DNA of 64,000 nucleotides from Melioribacteraceae bacterium (GTDB taxonomy: Bacteria; Bacteroidota; Ignavibacteria; Ignavibacteriales; Melioribacteraceae). This document shows, in pieces, positions 46,388 through 57,537 of this stretch (position 1 is its first letter; each line of letters opens with the position of its first letter). Under the pieces are notes generated by a model. The model was not told where the DNA came from, ran no database searches, and saw only the letters and a program-made list of their open reading frames with translations. The stretch is taken from assembly GCA_026417375.1 (NCBI GenBank), contig JAOADJ010000008.1, forward strand, positions 96,640-160,639, read 5' to 3'. A program made the position numbers and the translations under genes.

Positions 46388-46598
46388 ATAATTCTCAAAT
46401 TAGTATTTTAAAAATAAATTAAAATGAATGGATACTCAATTCGTTTAATTATTTCTTGTTATTATATTACTAACTAGTAATATATTGGTTAGTAATATTT
46501 TTAGTTTTACCGAAACTATTAATTATCATTAATTGTAAAATTGAGTATAATAAAACTAATTTGTAAAATAACTATATGAATTTTGAAACGAGGTGAAA

Positions 46599-49217
46599 AT
46601 GTCTTTTAATTTCAACAAACTTACTGTTAAAGCACAAGAGACGATTCAAAATGCTATTGAAATTGCACAAAATTATAATAATCAAATAATTGAACCAGAA
46701 CATTTATTAGCGGCAATGTTGCAGGATTCATCAAATGTTGCTGTTTCTATTATTCAAAAAAGTGGTGCAAATCTTAATCAACTGAAAATTAAAGTTGGTG
46801 AGTTACTCGAAAAACTACCAAAGGTAATTGGTAGTGGAATTGGAAATCAATCCCTTTCACAAAACAGTGCCAGACTTTTAGATATATCTGCAGATGAAGC
46901 AAAAGCACTTAAAGATGAATATATTTCCAACGAACACATTCTACTTGCATTAAGTGATGATAAATCATCTGCGGGAAAATTATTAAATGATTATGGAATA
47001 AATAAAAATGTAATTTTAGCTGCATTAAAAGATATACGTGGCAACCAACGTGTAACATCTCAAAATCCGGAAGAAACCTACCAGGCTTTACAAAAATATG
47101 GACGCGATTTAAATGAACTTGCCCGTTCAAATAAACTTGATCCGGTAATAGGAAGAGATGAGGAAATAAGAAGAGTTCTTCAGGTTTTATCACGCAGAAC
47201 AAAAAACAATCCGGTATTAATTGGAGAACCGGGAGTTGGTAAAACAGCAATTGCAGAGGGAATTGCGCACAGAATAGTTGCTGGTGATGTTCCTGAAACC
47301 TTAAAGACTAAAAGAATAGTTGCTCTTGATATGGGAGCTTTAGTTGCCGGAACTCAATACCGTGGACAATTTGAAGAAAGATTAAAAGCAGTTGTTAAAG
47401 AAGTTCAGGAATCGGACGGAGAAATTATTTTATTTATTGATGAGCTTCATTTATTAGTTGGTGCTGGCAAAACAGATGGTGCAATGGATGCGGCTAACAT
47501 TCTGAAACCCGCTTTAGCCCGTGGCGAATTACATGCAATCGGGGCTACAACACTTGATGAGTATAGAAAATATATCGAAAAAGATGCGGCACTCGAAAGA
47601 AGATTTCAACCAGTTTTAGTATCAGAACCAACCGAAGAAGATTCAATTTCAATTTTACGTGGATTAAAAGAAAGATATGAAGTTCATCATGGTGTTAGAA
47701 TTACAGATGGAGCAATAGTTGCTGCAGTTCAATTATCAAATCGATATATAACAGATAGATTTTTACCTGATAAAGCTATTGACCTTATTGATGAAGCAGC
47801 TTCTAAATTAAGAATTGAAATTGATTCCATGCCGGAAGAACTTGATGCAATTGAAAGAAAAGTTAAACAACTTGAAATTGAACGAGAAGCTTTAAAAAGA
47901 GAAAACGATTCTGAATCTGCAACAAGATTATCTGAACTTCAAGATGAATTAAATCAACTTCTTGATGAAAGAACACGTTTAAGAAGCCATTGGCAATTAG
48001 AAAAGGAAAAAATTCAAAAAATACGATCAATGAAAAGTGAAATTGAAAAAGCTAAATCTGAAGCAGACCGATTTGAACGGGAGGGTGATTTTGGAAAAGT
48101 AGCAGAAATTAGATATGGATTAATAAATGAACTTGAAAGAAAATTAAAAAAAGAAACTGATGAATTAGCATCAATTCAAAAAAACAATAAAATGTTAAAA
48201 GAGGAAGTTGATGCAGAAGATGTTGCTGAAGTGGTTGCAAAATGGACTGGTATTCCAGTAAGCAGAATGCTTGAAAGTGAAAGACATAAATTATTACATC
48301 TTGAAGAAGAATTACATAAAAGAGTTGTTGGACAAAATGATGCTGTTGCGGCTGTTGCTAATGCAATCAGAAGGTCTCGTGCCGGTTTACAAGATGTAAA
48401 TCGCCCGATTGGTTCTTTTATTTTTATTGGCACTACTGGTGTTGGAAAAACAGAATTAGCAAGAGCTTTAGCCGATTACCTTTTCAACGATGAACATGCA
48501 ATGATAAGAATTGATATGAGTGAATATATGGAAAAATTTTCTGTTTCAAGATTAATAGGAGCTCCTCCGGGATATGTTGGTTATGATGAAGGTGGTCAAT
48601 TAACAGAAGCAGTAAGAAGAAGACCATACTCGGTTGTTTTACTCGATGAAATTGAAAAAGCGCATCCCGATGTTTTTAATATTTTGCTTCAGGTTCTCGA
48701 CGATGGAAGATTAACCGATAACCAAGGAAGGACTGTTGATTTCAAAAATACAATTATAATAATGACTTCAAATCTTGGTTCACATTTAATTCAAGATAAA
48801 TTAATGGAAATAAACGAAGATAATTTTGAAAACATAATGGGTGAATTAAGAATTAGTTTAACAGAATTATTAAGAAGAACTATTCGTCCTGAATTCTTAA
48901 ACAGAATAGATGAAATTGTTTTATTTAAACCATTGTTAAAAAATGAAATTAAACAAATTATTGATATACAACTACAAAAAATCGGAAAACAGCTTGCAGA
49001 AAAAAATATAACTCTTGCAATTGATGAAGAAGCAAAGGAATTTCTATTACGACATGGATATGATGTTACTTATGGCGCTCGCCCTATGAAAAGAACAATT
49101 CAAAGATATTTAATCAATCCTCTTTCAACTGAATTGTTGATGAATAAATTCGAAAGTGGTGAAACTATTTATATTTGTTGTCCTACGGGTGAAAGATTAG
49201 AATTCAAAAAGAAATAA
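46599..49217 (+). CDS. clpB: ATP-dependent chaperone ClpB
   Basis: ATG at 46599 after GAGGTG; [20 protein letters not shown], long M-domain coiled coil, [25 protein letters not shown]. Confidence 0.97.
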   Translation: MSFNFNKLTVKAQETIQNAIEIAQNYNNQIIEPEHLLAAMLQDSSNVAVSIIQKSGANLNQLKIKVGELLEKLPKVIGSGIGNQSLSQNSARLLDISADEAKALKDEYISNEHILLALSDDKSSAGKLLNDYGINKNVILAALKDIRGNQRVTSQNPEETYQALQKYGRDLNELARSNKLDPVIGRDEEIRRVLQVLSRRTKNNPVLIGEPGVGKTAIAEGIAHRIVAGDVPETLKTKRIVALDMGALVAGTQYRGQFEERLKAVVKEVQESDGEIILFIDELHLLVGAGKTDGAMDAANILKPALARGELHAIGATTLDEYRKYIEKDAALERRFQPVLVSEPTEEDSISILRGLKERYEVHHGVRITDGAIVAAVQLSNRYITDRFLPDKAIDLIDEAASKLRIEIDSMPEELDAIERKVKQLEIEREALKRENDSESATRLSELQDELNQLLDERTRLRSHWQLEKEKIQKIRSMKSEIEKAKSEADRFEREGDFGKVAEIRYGLINELERKLKKETDELASIQKNNKMLKEEVDAEDVAEVVAKWTGIPVSRMLESERHKLLHLEEELHKRVVGQNDAVAAVANAIRRSRAGLQDVNRPIGSFIFIGTTGVGKTELARALADYLFNDEHAMIRIDMSEYMEKFSVSRLIGAPPGYVGYDEGGQLTEAVRRRPYSVVLLDEIEKAHPDVFNILLQVLDDGRLTDNQGRTVDFKNTIIIMTSNLGSHLIQDKLMEINEDNFENIMGELRISLTELLRRTIRPEFLNRIDEIVLFKPLLKNEIKQIIDIQLQKIGKQLAEKNITLAIDEEAKEFLLRHGYDVTYGARPMKRTIQRYLINPLSTELLMNKFESGETIYICCPTGERLEFKKK

Positions 49218-49222
49218 ATTAT

Positions 49223-49272
49223 TAATGCAGATTTTTGTGTAAGAAAAATTTATTTCATAAAAATCTGCATTA
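49223..49272 (+). terminator. Hairpin after clpB
   Basis: 14-bp inverted repeat TAATGCAGATTTTT (49223-49236) / AAAAATCTGCATTA (49259-49272), followed by a T-rich tract. Confidence 0.6.
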
Positions 49273-49351
49273 TTATTTTAAACATTTAACTCACTTCATT
49301 AATTTTCACATCCGTAATTAAAACTTAATCGTTAACTATTGGGATTATCAA

Positions 49352-51475
49352 GTGAAAACTAAAATTTTCTTATTGCTCTTACTAAATTTTATAACAATTT
49401 ATTCGCAAATTAAAACTGTTACTGCCGTTAGAACAAATATGGCTCCACAAATTGATGGTAATTTGAATGATGAAGTTTGGAACAAAGCAATACCTTTTTC
49501 TGATTTTCTTCAGCAAGAACCAATTGCCGGAAGCAATCCATCATACAAAACAGAAGTGAAAATTTTATATGATGAAAATAACCTCTACTTATCAGTAATG
49601 TGTTATGATGATGAACCGAATAAAATTATAGCACGTGAAATGAAATGGGATGGTTTTATAAGTGCTGATGATAACATCAAAATTTTATTTGATACTTTTA
49701 ACGATAACAGATCGGCATATTGGTTTGCAACAAATCCACTTGGTGCAAAAGATGATGCACTATTAACCGGTTTTGAAATGAAAGATTTTAATGAAGATTG
49801 GAATGGCGTTTGGGATGTTGAATGTAAAATTTTGGAAAATGGTTGGAGTGCCGAATTTGTTTTTCCTTTTTCAACTTTCAAGTTTTATGATAACGAAAAA
49901 CAGGTTTGGGGATTTAATATTCAACGAACGATAAAAAGAAAAAATGAAGATGTCTTATGGACTTCTGTTGGTCAGAATTTAGGAATTATGAAAATATCTT
50001 ATGCCGGTGATTTAATAGGAATAGAAAAAATCAAAAGAGGAAATCCAATTTATATAAAACCTTTTATCACGGCTGGTGCTCAATTTTCAAAAAATGTAAA
50101 TGATAAAATTCTTGAACCCGGTTTAGATCTAAAATATGGAATTACAGAAACATTAACGCTTGATGCAACTATAAATACAGATTTTGCACAAGTTGAAAGT
50201 GATAGAGCAAGAATAAATCTTTCACGCTTTCCCCTTTTCTTTCCGGAAAAAAGAGAGTTCTTTCTTGAAGGTAAAAAATTCTTTGACTTTAATCTTGGTG
50301 GCAATAATACAATTTTTTATTCAAGAAGAATTGGATTAAAACGAGGTGTTCAAATTCCAATTATTGCCGGGGCAAAACTAATTGGAAGGATTGATGATTT
50401 TGAAATTGGTTTAATTGATATGCAAACAGCAGAAAAAGATTTAGAACCAACAACAAATTATTCTGCTGTAAGGTTAAAATATGATTTACTGAATTCGTCT
50501 TACATTGGTTTTATGACTACAAATAAAGCCTATTCCAAAAATTTATCTAATTCAATCGGTACAGATTTTAATTTTTCATTTAATGATTTTTTAGGTGATA
50601 AAAATCTTGTTTTATTTGGAGCTTTAGCTAAAAGTAATAACAATGATTCTCCTGTAAATTCCTGGGCGGGTAATTTTTTTGTTGATTTTCCAAATGATTT
50701 TATAGATACTTTTTTAGGTTATCGGTTCATTCAATCCGGTTTTGATCCTCAGCTTGGTTTTGTTTCAAGAAAAGGTGGTCAACAATTTATTTATAATCTT
50801 GAAATTGAACCGAGAATAAATAAATATGGAATCAAGAAACTTCGGTTTCAGCCTGTTGAATCAAATTTCTTTTTAGATGGAAGCGGAAATTTAGAAACCG
50901 CATCTTTTATGTTTTCACCAATTGGAATTGTTTTTGATTCCGGAGATCAAATTAGTTTTGGTATGGGAAGAACATTCGATTATCCAAAAGAAGATTTTGA
51001 AATTTTCGATACAACAAAAGTTAAAGCCGGAAAATATTGGGAAACCGGTTACGGTGTGGAAATTGGAACTTCTGCTTCCAGAGATATTTTTGGAAGATTT
51101 GAATTCGTTCATGATGGTTTTTACGGTGGCAAAAGATCTTCAATTCAAACAAGAGTTAATTATACAATAAATAAACATTTTACAATTTCTGCCGACTACC
51201 AAAAAAATATTATTTCATTTAAATCAAGTAATTTTTCAACTGATGAATTTGGCGGAAGAATAACTTATAATATTTCAACAAAATTGCTCTCCTCTATTTT
51301 TACTCAATGGAACAATGAACTAAACGAAATAAATATAAATTATAGATTTAATTGGAAACCAAAAATTGGCAGCGATTTCTATATAGTTCTTAATCAAGTA
51401 ATTTCTACAGAAAATAAAATTCAATCAAAAGATTTTGCAGTTTTAGCAAAATTCGTTTGGATGTTTATTATTTAA
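49352..51475 (+). CDS. CBM9-like plus DUF5916 outer-membrane protein
   Basis: PQIDGNLNDEVW, DTFND, WSAEF.FPF, NTDFAQVESD, LFFPEKREFFLEG, FYSRRIG. Confidence 0.85.
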   Translation: MKTKIFLLLLLNFITIYSQIKTVTAVRTNMAPQIDGNLNDEVWNKAIPFSDFLQQEPIAGSNPSYKTEVKILYDENNLYLSVMCYDDEPNKIIAREMKWDGFISADDNIKILFDTFNDNRSAYWFATNPLGAKDDALLTGFEMKDFNEDWNGVWDVECKILENGWSAEFVFPFSTFKFYDNEKQVWGFNIQRTIKRKNEDVLWTSVGQNLGIMKISYAGDLIGIEKIKRGNPIYIKPFITAGAQFSKNVNDKILEPGLDLKYGITETLTLDATINTDFAQVESDRARINLSRFPLFFPEKREFFLEGKKFFDFNLGGNNTIFYSRRIGLKRGVQIPIIAGAKLIGRIDDFEIGLIDMQTAEKDLEPTTNYSAVRLKYDLLNSSYIGFMTTNKAYSKNLSNSIGTDFNFSFNDFLGDKNLVLFGALAKSNNNDSPVNSWAGNFFVDFPNDFIDTFLGYRFIQSGFDPQLGFVSRKGGQQFIYNLEIEPRINKYGIKKLRFQPVESNFFLDGSGNLETASFMFSPIGIVFDSGDQISFGMGRTFDYPKEDFEIFDTTKVKAGKYWETGYGVEIGTSASRDIFGRFEFVHDGFYGGKRSSIQTRVNYTINKHFTISADYQKNIISFKSSNFSTDEFGGRITYNISTKLLSSIFTQWNNELNEININYRFNWKPKIGSDFYIVLNQVISTENKIQSKDFAVLAKFVWMFII

Positions 51476-51488
51476 CATGAGATAAAAA

Positions 51489-52589
51489 ATGAAAAAAATA
51501 ATTATTCTAATATTAGCTTTTACTTCTTTCGTTTTTACACAAAATAAAAAATATCCAGATGTAACAATTTTTGAAGATGCAATAAGACACTTTAACGATA
51601 CGCTTGCATTAAAATTTAATTATACCCGATACAAGCCATCGCAAGTTAAAGAAATTGCATGGAATTTAGTTAAATATCAAAACAAAGATGGTGGTTGGCC
51701 AAAAAATATTGATTGGCTTGCTAAAATTGAACCAGATTCAGTAAAAAAATTGTTAACAGATCATTACAAGAAAAGTACGCTGGACAACCGAAACACATAT
51801 TCTCAGGTTGAATATCTTGCTCAGGCATATTTACTTACAAAAGAAGAGCAATTCAAAAAAAGTGCTGAAAAAGGTTTAGATTTTATTTTATCTCAACAAC
51901 GTAAATCAGGAGGATGGCGAGGCTGGGATGTTGAAGCAATTACATTCAATGACGAAGTAATGACTGGTATAATGAATTTACTTTTAGATATAAAAGAAAA
52001 TAAAAAACATTTCTTCTGGCTGGATAAAGAAAGAAGAGAAAAAGCTTCAACTGCTTTACAAAAAGCAATTGATGTTACTTTAAAATGCCAGATTGTTGTA
52101 AATGGAAAGAAAACTGCATGGTGTCAACAACATGATCATGAAACTTTTATAGCTGTTGGAGCCAGAACATTTGAACTTCCCGGAATTTCATCTTTAGAAA
52201 GTGCAGCGGTTGTTAAATTTTTAATGAGAATTAAAAAACCAAATAAAGAAATTATTGAGGCAATAAATTCTGCAATTGATTGGTTTGAGAAATCAAAAAT
52301 TTATGGAATTCGTGTTGTAATTGACAAAGAAGATTCTTCAAAATCCGATTACAATGCAAGAAGACCCGATAGAAAAGTAATTAAAGATGAAACCGCTCAA
52401 CCAATCTGGGCAAGGTTTTATGAGATAGAAACTAATAAACCATTTTTTTGTAATCGTGACGGAATAAAAGTTTATTCAATGAGCGAAGTATTGCCGGAAA
52501 GAAGACGCGGTTATGCCTGGTATGGTTATTGGCCAGATGAAGTTTTAAAATTATATTCAACCTGGAAAAAGAATTTAACTTATAATTAA
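51489..52589 (+). CDS. pelA: Pectate lyase, PL10 family
   Basis: QNKDGGWPKN, STLDN..T, ITFND..M, WCQQHD, ARTFE, WARFYE, ERRRGYAWYG. Confidence 0.9.
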   Translation: MKKIIILILAFTSFVFTQNKKYPDVTIFEDAIRHFNDTLALKFNYTRYKPSQVKEIAWNLVKYQNKDGGWPKNIDWLAKIEPDSVKKLLTDHYKKSTLDNRNTYSQVEYLAQAYLLTKEEQFKKSAEKGLDFILSQQRKSGGWRGWDVEAITFNDEVMTGIMNLLLDIKENKKHFFWLDKERREKASTALQKAIDVTLKCQIVVNGKKTAWCQQHDHETFIAVGARTFELPGISSLESAAVVKFLMRIKKPNKEIIEAINSAIDWFEKSKIYGIRVVIDKEDSSKSDYNARRPDRKVIKDETAQPIWARFYEIETNKPFFCNRDGIKVYSMSEVLPERRRGYAWYGYWPDEVLKLYSTWKKNLTYN

Positions 52590-52605
52590 ATAAAGGAAAT
52601 GTTAT

Positions 52606-53601
52606 TTGAATGAAATTATTTTAAATGGTTTTTCAAATTTAAATACACCAGCTATTCTTTTTTTTCTTCTTGGATTTATTGCATCCGTTATTAGATCAGA
52701 TATAAAAATCCCTGATTCAATTGTAAAAATATTATCAATCTATTTAATGATTTCTATTGGATACAAAGGCGGGTATGAAATTTATCATAATGGAATTAGT
52801 AGTGATTTATTCAAATCTGTTTTAATTTCATTTTTACTTGGATTTTTATCAACGTTAATTGTTTTCTTTATTGTATATAAATTATTAAAAAAAGATTCTG
52901 TTAATGCAGGAGCAATAGCTGCTCATTATGGTTCTGTTAGTGTTGTTACATTTATAACAGCAATTTCATTTTTAGAAAAAATTGGTGTTGAATACAAAGG
53001 TTACATAGTAGGAATGCTTGCTTTAATGGAATCCCCTGCAATTTTAATTGCATTAATTTTAGTTCGTTTGTTTGATAAAAAAACAATCAACTTTGATCCT
53101 TCCGCCTTTAAAGAAATAATTAAAGAAGCCCTTTTTAATGGAAGTATAGTTTTACTTTTCGGAAGTTTAATAATTGGATTTATAAATGGAGCGAAGGGAT
53201 TTAATTTAATTTCACCATTTTTTGTAACTCCGTTTCAAGGTGTATTAACTTTATTTCTTTTAGAGATGGGAATGATTGCAGGTAAAAGAATTGAAGAATT
53301 TAAAAAAGTTGGAGCTAAACTTGGTTCGTTAGCTGTTTTGTTTCCTATTGTAAATGGTATTTTCGGTGTTTCAATTTCGACCTTTTTTGGTTTAGATATA
53401 GGTACTTCAACTTTATTTGGAGTTTTGACTGCAAGTTCATCTTATATTGCAGCTCCTGCAGCAGTAAGATTAGCATTACCTGAAGCAAATCCGACTTTTT
53501 ATATTACAATGTCGCTGGCTATCACATTTCCATTTAATATAATTTTGGGTATTCCATTATATTTTTCATACGCAAATTTGTTACAAAAATTTTTAGGTTA
53601 A
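52606..53601 (+). CDS. sbtA: Sodium-dependent bicarbonate transporter family permease
   Basis: SIYLMISIGYKGG, AAHYGSVSVVTF, LMESPA, LFLLEMG, ASSSYIAAPAA, ITFPFNI. TTG start. Confidence 0.9.
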   Translation: MNEIILNGFSNLNTPAILFFLLGFIASVIRSDIKIPDSIVKILSIYLMISIGYKGGYEIYHNGISSDLFKSVLISFLLGFLSTLIVFFIVYKLLKKDSVNAGAIAAHYGSVSVVTFITAISFLEKIGVEYKGYIVGMLALMESPAILIALILVRLFDKKTINFDPSAFKEIIKEALFNGSIVLLFGSLIIGFINGAKGFNLISPFFVTPFQGVLTLFLLEMGMIAGKRIEEFKKVGAKLGSLAVLFPIVNGIFGVSISTFFGLDIGTSTLFGVLTASSSYIAAPAAVRLALPEANPTFYITMSLAITFPFNIILGIPLYFSYANLLQKFLG

Positions 53602-53603
53602 TT

Positions 53604-53885
53604 ATGAAAAAACTTGAAATGATAATTGAAACCGTTGAATTAAATAGTTTAATCAAAATGATAGAAAAAGTTGGTGTTCATGGTTTTACTATTTTAAATG
53701 GTGTTACAGGAATGGGAAAACATGGAAAAAGTGTTTCAACTTCTTTGGTTGATGTTGGTGATTACAATATGGTTATTGTTGTAGATGAAGAAGAAGTTAT
53801 AAATAAATTAATAGAAACTGTTAAACCATTTCTCAAAAAATACTCTGGAGTAATGTTTCTTTCCAATGTAGAAATAGTATCATAA
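53604..53885 (+). CDS. PII-like regulator, SbtB-type
   Basis: MKKLEMII, GVHGFTI..VTGMGKHG; 93 aa; directly downstream of sbtA. Confidence 0.85.
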   Translation: MKKLEMIIETVELNSLIKMIEKVGVHGFTILNGVTGMGKHGKSVSTSLVDVGDYNMVIVVDEEEVINKLIETVKPFLKKYSGVMFLSNVEIVS

Positions 53886-53903
53886 GATTTATAAAAACAA
53901 TTA

Positions 53904-55718
53904 ATGACAAAAATAAAATTAGAATTACTTTCCCCCGCAAAAGATTTACAAACTGGTATTGCAGCAATTGATTGTGGAGCCGATGCAGTTTATATCGGTG
54001 CACCAAGTTTTGGCGCAAGAGAAGCTGCAGGTAATCCAATCGAGGATATTCATCAACTTGTAAATTATGCTCATAAATTTTGGGCTAAGGTTTATGTTAC
54101 TGTTAATACAATAATTTTTGATGAAGAAATTGAAACCGTTCAGAAATTAATAAATCAACTTTACGAAATTGGTGTTGATGCTGTAATTTTTCAGGATATG
54201 GCACTATTAAAAATGAATATTCCACTAATTCAACTTTATGCATCAACACAAACTCATAATTATGAAATTGAACGAATAAAACTTTTAGATGAACTCGGTA
54301 TTAAAAGAATTATTCTTGCGCGTGAATTAACAATTGATGAAATAAAAAAAATTAAAAATGAAGTAAAAGCAGAATTGGAATTTTTTATTCATGGGGCATT
54401 ATGTGTTAGTTTGAGTGGTCAGTGTTACATGAGTTATGATTTTAGCGGAAGAAGTGCTAATCGTGGTGAATGCGCCCAAAATTGTCGATTGCCCTATACT
54501 TTAATTGATGCAAACAACAATATTCTTATAAAAGATAAACATCTATTATCTCTGAAGGATTTAAATCTTTCCCATTATATAAATGATTTAATTGATGCCG
54601 GAATCACTTCGTTTAAAATTGAAGGCAGGCTGAAAGATATTTCTTATGTTAAAAATATTACAGCATTTTACCGTCAGCTAATTGATGATATAATTAAAAA
54701 TAAACCTCAATATGAAAAATCATCTTCTGGTTATTCAATAATTCCATTTCAACCGGATCCCGAAAAAACTTTTAATCGTGGATATACAAATTATTTTATT
54801 AATGACAGAAGCGAAAAAGTTTCTTCTCATGAAACGCCAAAATCAAAAGGAAAATATTTAGGTAAAGTAATTGAAATTGATAAATCGGGTTTTAGAATTG
54901 GTACTAATGAAAAAATTTACAATGGCGATGGCATTTGCTTTTTGGATTCAAAAGAAAATTTAGTTGGTTTTAATGTCAATAAAGTAGATGGAAATAAAAT
55001 TTTATCTAAAGAACTTTATGGTTTAAAACCCGGAACAAAAATATATCGCAATTTTGATTATGCTTTTAATAAAGAATTGGAAAAAGATTGCAAAAGAAAA
55101 ATTGATGTTGAATTTGAAATATTTGAAACAGAAAATGGAATAAGAATAGAATCAAAAGATGAAGATGAAATTAAAGTATCAAAAACATTTGAAACAGAAA
55201 AACTAATTGCTAAAAATGCTTTGCAGGCAATTGAAACCTTAAAAAATAATTTGTCAAAAAGTGGCTCAACAATTTTTAATGTTAACAATATCATTATTCA
55301 CTTATCGCAAACTTATTTCTTTACAACAAAACAAATAAACGAGTGGAGAAGAATTTTATTAGAAGAACTTGAAAAAGAGAGAACACTAAATCACAAAAGA
55401 GAAATTTTTGAAAAAAGAAAGACAAAGATTTCTATTGACCATGAACTAGATTACAAAGCAAATGTTGTTAATTCACTTTCAAAAAAGTTTTATGAAGAGC
55501 TTGGTGTAAAAGAAATAGAACCCGGTTTCGAATTACAAAAGATTCATTATGGTAAAACAGTTATGACATGCAAATATTGTATCAAAGATGAACTTAATCT
55601 TTGTCCATTTGATACTGATAAAAAAGTAAATGAACCGTTGTATTTGGTTCATGAAAACAAAAAATATGAATTGGTTTTTAACTGTAAAGAATGTTTAATG
55701 GAAATTATCTCCAGATAA
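53904..55718 (+). CDS. rlhA: U32 family protein with DUF3656 region, probable 23S rRNA hydroxylase
   Basis: LELLSPA, GADAVYIG, HGALCVSLSGQC, RGECAQNCR, SLKDL, FKIEGR, C-terminal CKYCI..L..C. Confidence 0.8.
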   Translation: MTKIKLELLSPAKDLQTGIAAIDCGADAVYIGAPSFGAREAAGNPIEDIHQLVNYAHKFWAKVYVTVNTIIFDEEIETVQKLINQLYEIGVDAVIFQDMALLKMNIPLIQLYASTQTHNYEIERIKLLDELGIKRIILARELTIDEIKKIKNEVKAELEFFIHGALCVSLSGQCYMSYDFSGRSANRGECAQNCRLPYTLIDANNNILIKDKHLLSLKDLNLSHYINDLIDAGITSFKIEGRLKDISYVKNITAFYRQLIDDIIKNKPQYEKSSSGYSIIPFQPDPEKTFNRGYTNYFINDRSEKVSSHETPKSKGKYLGKVIEIDKSGFRIGTNEKIYNGDGICFLDSKENLVGFNVNKVDGNKILSKELYGLKPGTKIYRNFDYAFNKELEKDCKRKIDVEFEIFETENGIRIESKDEDEIKVSKTFETEKLIAKNALQAIETLKNNLSKSGSTIFNVNNIIIHLSQTYFFTTKQINEWRRILLEELEKERTLNHKREIFEKRKTKISIDHELDYKANVVNSLSKKFYEELGVKEIEPGFELQKIHYGKTVMTCKYCIKDELNLCPFDTDKKVNEPLYLVHENKKYELVFNCKECLMEIISR

Positions 55719-55760
55719 ATTTATTTTTTAACAAGAGTAAATTTTTTAATATTTAATAAT

Positions 55761-56222
55761 GTGAAACCACATTACAAAATAACAATAATATATTTTACTA
55801 TTTCATTCGCGTGGATTTTCTTTTCTGATAAGTTGGTCGATTCTTTAAGTTTATCAACCGATAAATTAACTCTTCTACAAACTTATAAAGGTTGGTTTTT
55901 TGTTTTTGTTACTTCAATACTTTTATTCTATTTAATTCGTAAAGCTCAAAATGACTTAATTAAAGAAGAAGAAAAAAAATATCTTTTATTTAAAACAACA
56001 ATGAAGGGTGTTCATCATATATTAAATAATTTTTTAAACAGGATGAACCTCTTTAAAGAAATTGCAAATGAAAGTAACGCTGTTGATAAAAAAACAATTG
56101 AGTTGTTTGACAAAGTAATTTTTGAAACAGCGGAAGAATTAAAAAAATTAAGTGATATTGATAATCCGACAGATGAAAAAATTAAAAAAGCTATTTATAA
56201 CAATACAAATGCCGATTATTAA
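55761..56222 (+). CDS. Small membrane protein with a HisKA-like helix but no catalytic domain
   Basis: Two TM helices (WIFFSD, KGWFFVFVT), then VHHILNNFLN helical segment; stops without HATPase. Confidence 0.65.
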   Translation: MKPHYKITIIYFTISFAWIFFSDKLVDSLSLSTDKLTLLQTYKGWFFVFVTSILLFYLIRKAQNDLIKEEEKKYLLFKTTMKGVHHILNNFLNRMNLFKEIANESNAVDKKTIELFDKVIFETAEELKKLSDIDNPTDEKIKKAIYNNTNADY

Positions 56223-57526
56223 TTTTTAACTATAATTCCACTTTGTTTTAACAAATCTATTTCTCCCACTTTAGCAATATAGAAAGCATTTATTAATCTG
56301 CTTTGAGAATTAAAATAATTTTTTTGGACTTCTCTAAATTCAATTGGAGATATTGAACCTAATTTTAATTCTTCAAAAGCTAAATCAAGATTTTCTTTTG
56401 CAACTTCAACGTTAGATTTTTCCAAAGCAAGTAATTCTAAATTCTTTTTGTAATTTTTATAAGAAGTGATTAATGCTGTTTCAATATCGTTTTTAATTGC
56501 TTCGAGATAAATTATATTTTTATCAAAATTTATTTTGGCATTCTCATAAGCAAGTTGAGAATTGAATCCGTTAAATAAATTCCAACTTAAGCTAATACCG
56601 TAATTATAACCATAACTTTTATTTGATTTAACTAATCCGGCATCAGCAATTGATTGCAAATAATTATATCCTGTATTTAAAGTTATTCTTGGTAAAAATT
56701 CTGAATAAGTTGAATTTACATCATAAGAAGAAATTGTTTTGAATTTTTCTGCCTGAATCAAAGAGGTATTTCTTTCAAAAGCAATCTCTTTAATTTTTTG
56801 AAATGATAATCCATCATCAACATAGATTGAATCTTCAACATCAAAATCATAATTAGGATCAAATGCTAATAAATTATTTAAAGTTGTTTTAAGGTTACTT
56901 AACAAGATTTCTTGATTTAACAAATTAGATTTATCGGCATTTAAATCAACCTGAGCACGTAATACATCAAATTTTGATGCAGAACCCACAGCAAATTTTT
57001 CATTCGCAATTTTTAATCTTTCTTCCGAAACTGAAATGTTTTCTAATGCTGTTTTATAGTTTTGTTTTTGTCTAACTATTTCATAGTAATTTTTAATAAC
57101 ATCATAAACTGAATTTTCAATCTGCTTGCGTAAGTTTATTTCACCAAGTTCTTTATATTCCTTTAGCTTTGATAAAGTTGTAAACATTTTTAAACCATCA
57201 AAAATTGTCCAGCTTAATGCAATTCCCGCATTAGTTGAATTTGAGCCTGCATTTTTTTTATCAACACTCTGCCCGGTTGAATATTCCTGTTTAGTATTAT
57301 TTACTGTTCTTGTTTTTGAAGCCGATAAATCAACTTTAGGTAAAAATCCTGCATTTCCAACTGAATAATTATTCTCGCTCAATAAAACATCTTCTTTTGC
57401 TAAACGAATATCATAATTTTTTTCTAATGCAATTTTTATTGCATCATTTAAAGTCAATTTAATTTGCGCATTCGCTGTTAAAGAAAACAAAAAACATAAA
57501 AGAAAAATTTTTTTATCCACTTTCAA
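56219..57526 (-). CDS. TolC-family outer-membrane efflux protein
   Basis: LTLNDAIKIALEKN, FLPKVDL, WTIFDG, FLPRITL, WNLFNG. Confidence 0.92.
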   Translation of the reverse strand: MKVDKKIFLLCFLFSLTANAQIKLTLNDAIKIALEKNYDIRLAKEDVLLSENNYSVGNAGFLPKVDLSASKTRTVNNTKQEYSTGQSVDKKNAGSNSTNAGIALSWTIFDGLKMFTTLSKLKEYKELGEINLRKQIENSVYDVIKNYYEIVRQKQNYKTALENISVSEERLKIANEKFAVGSASKFDVLRAQVDLNADKSNLLNQEILLSNLKTTLNNLLAFDPNYDFDVEDSIYVDDGLSFQKIKEIAFERNTSLIQAEKFKTISSYDVNSTYSEFLPRITLNTGYNYLQSIADAGLVKSNKSYGYNYGISLSWNLFNGFNSQLAYENAKINFDKNIIYLEAIKNDIETALITSYKNYKKNLELLALEKSNVEVAKENLDLAFEELKLGSISPIEFREVQKNYFNSQSRLINAFYIAKVGEIDLLKQSGIIVKN

Positions 57527-57537
57527 TTTATCACCTT

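Noticed and set aside
46388-46598. AT-rich spacer near parS as oriC
   Set aside because: No DnaA boxes (TTATCCACA-like) were found in it.
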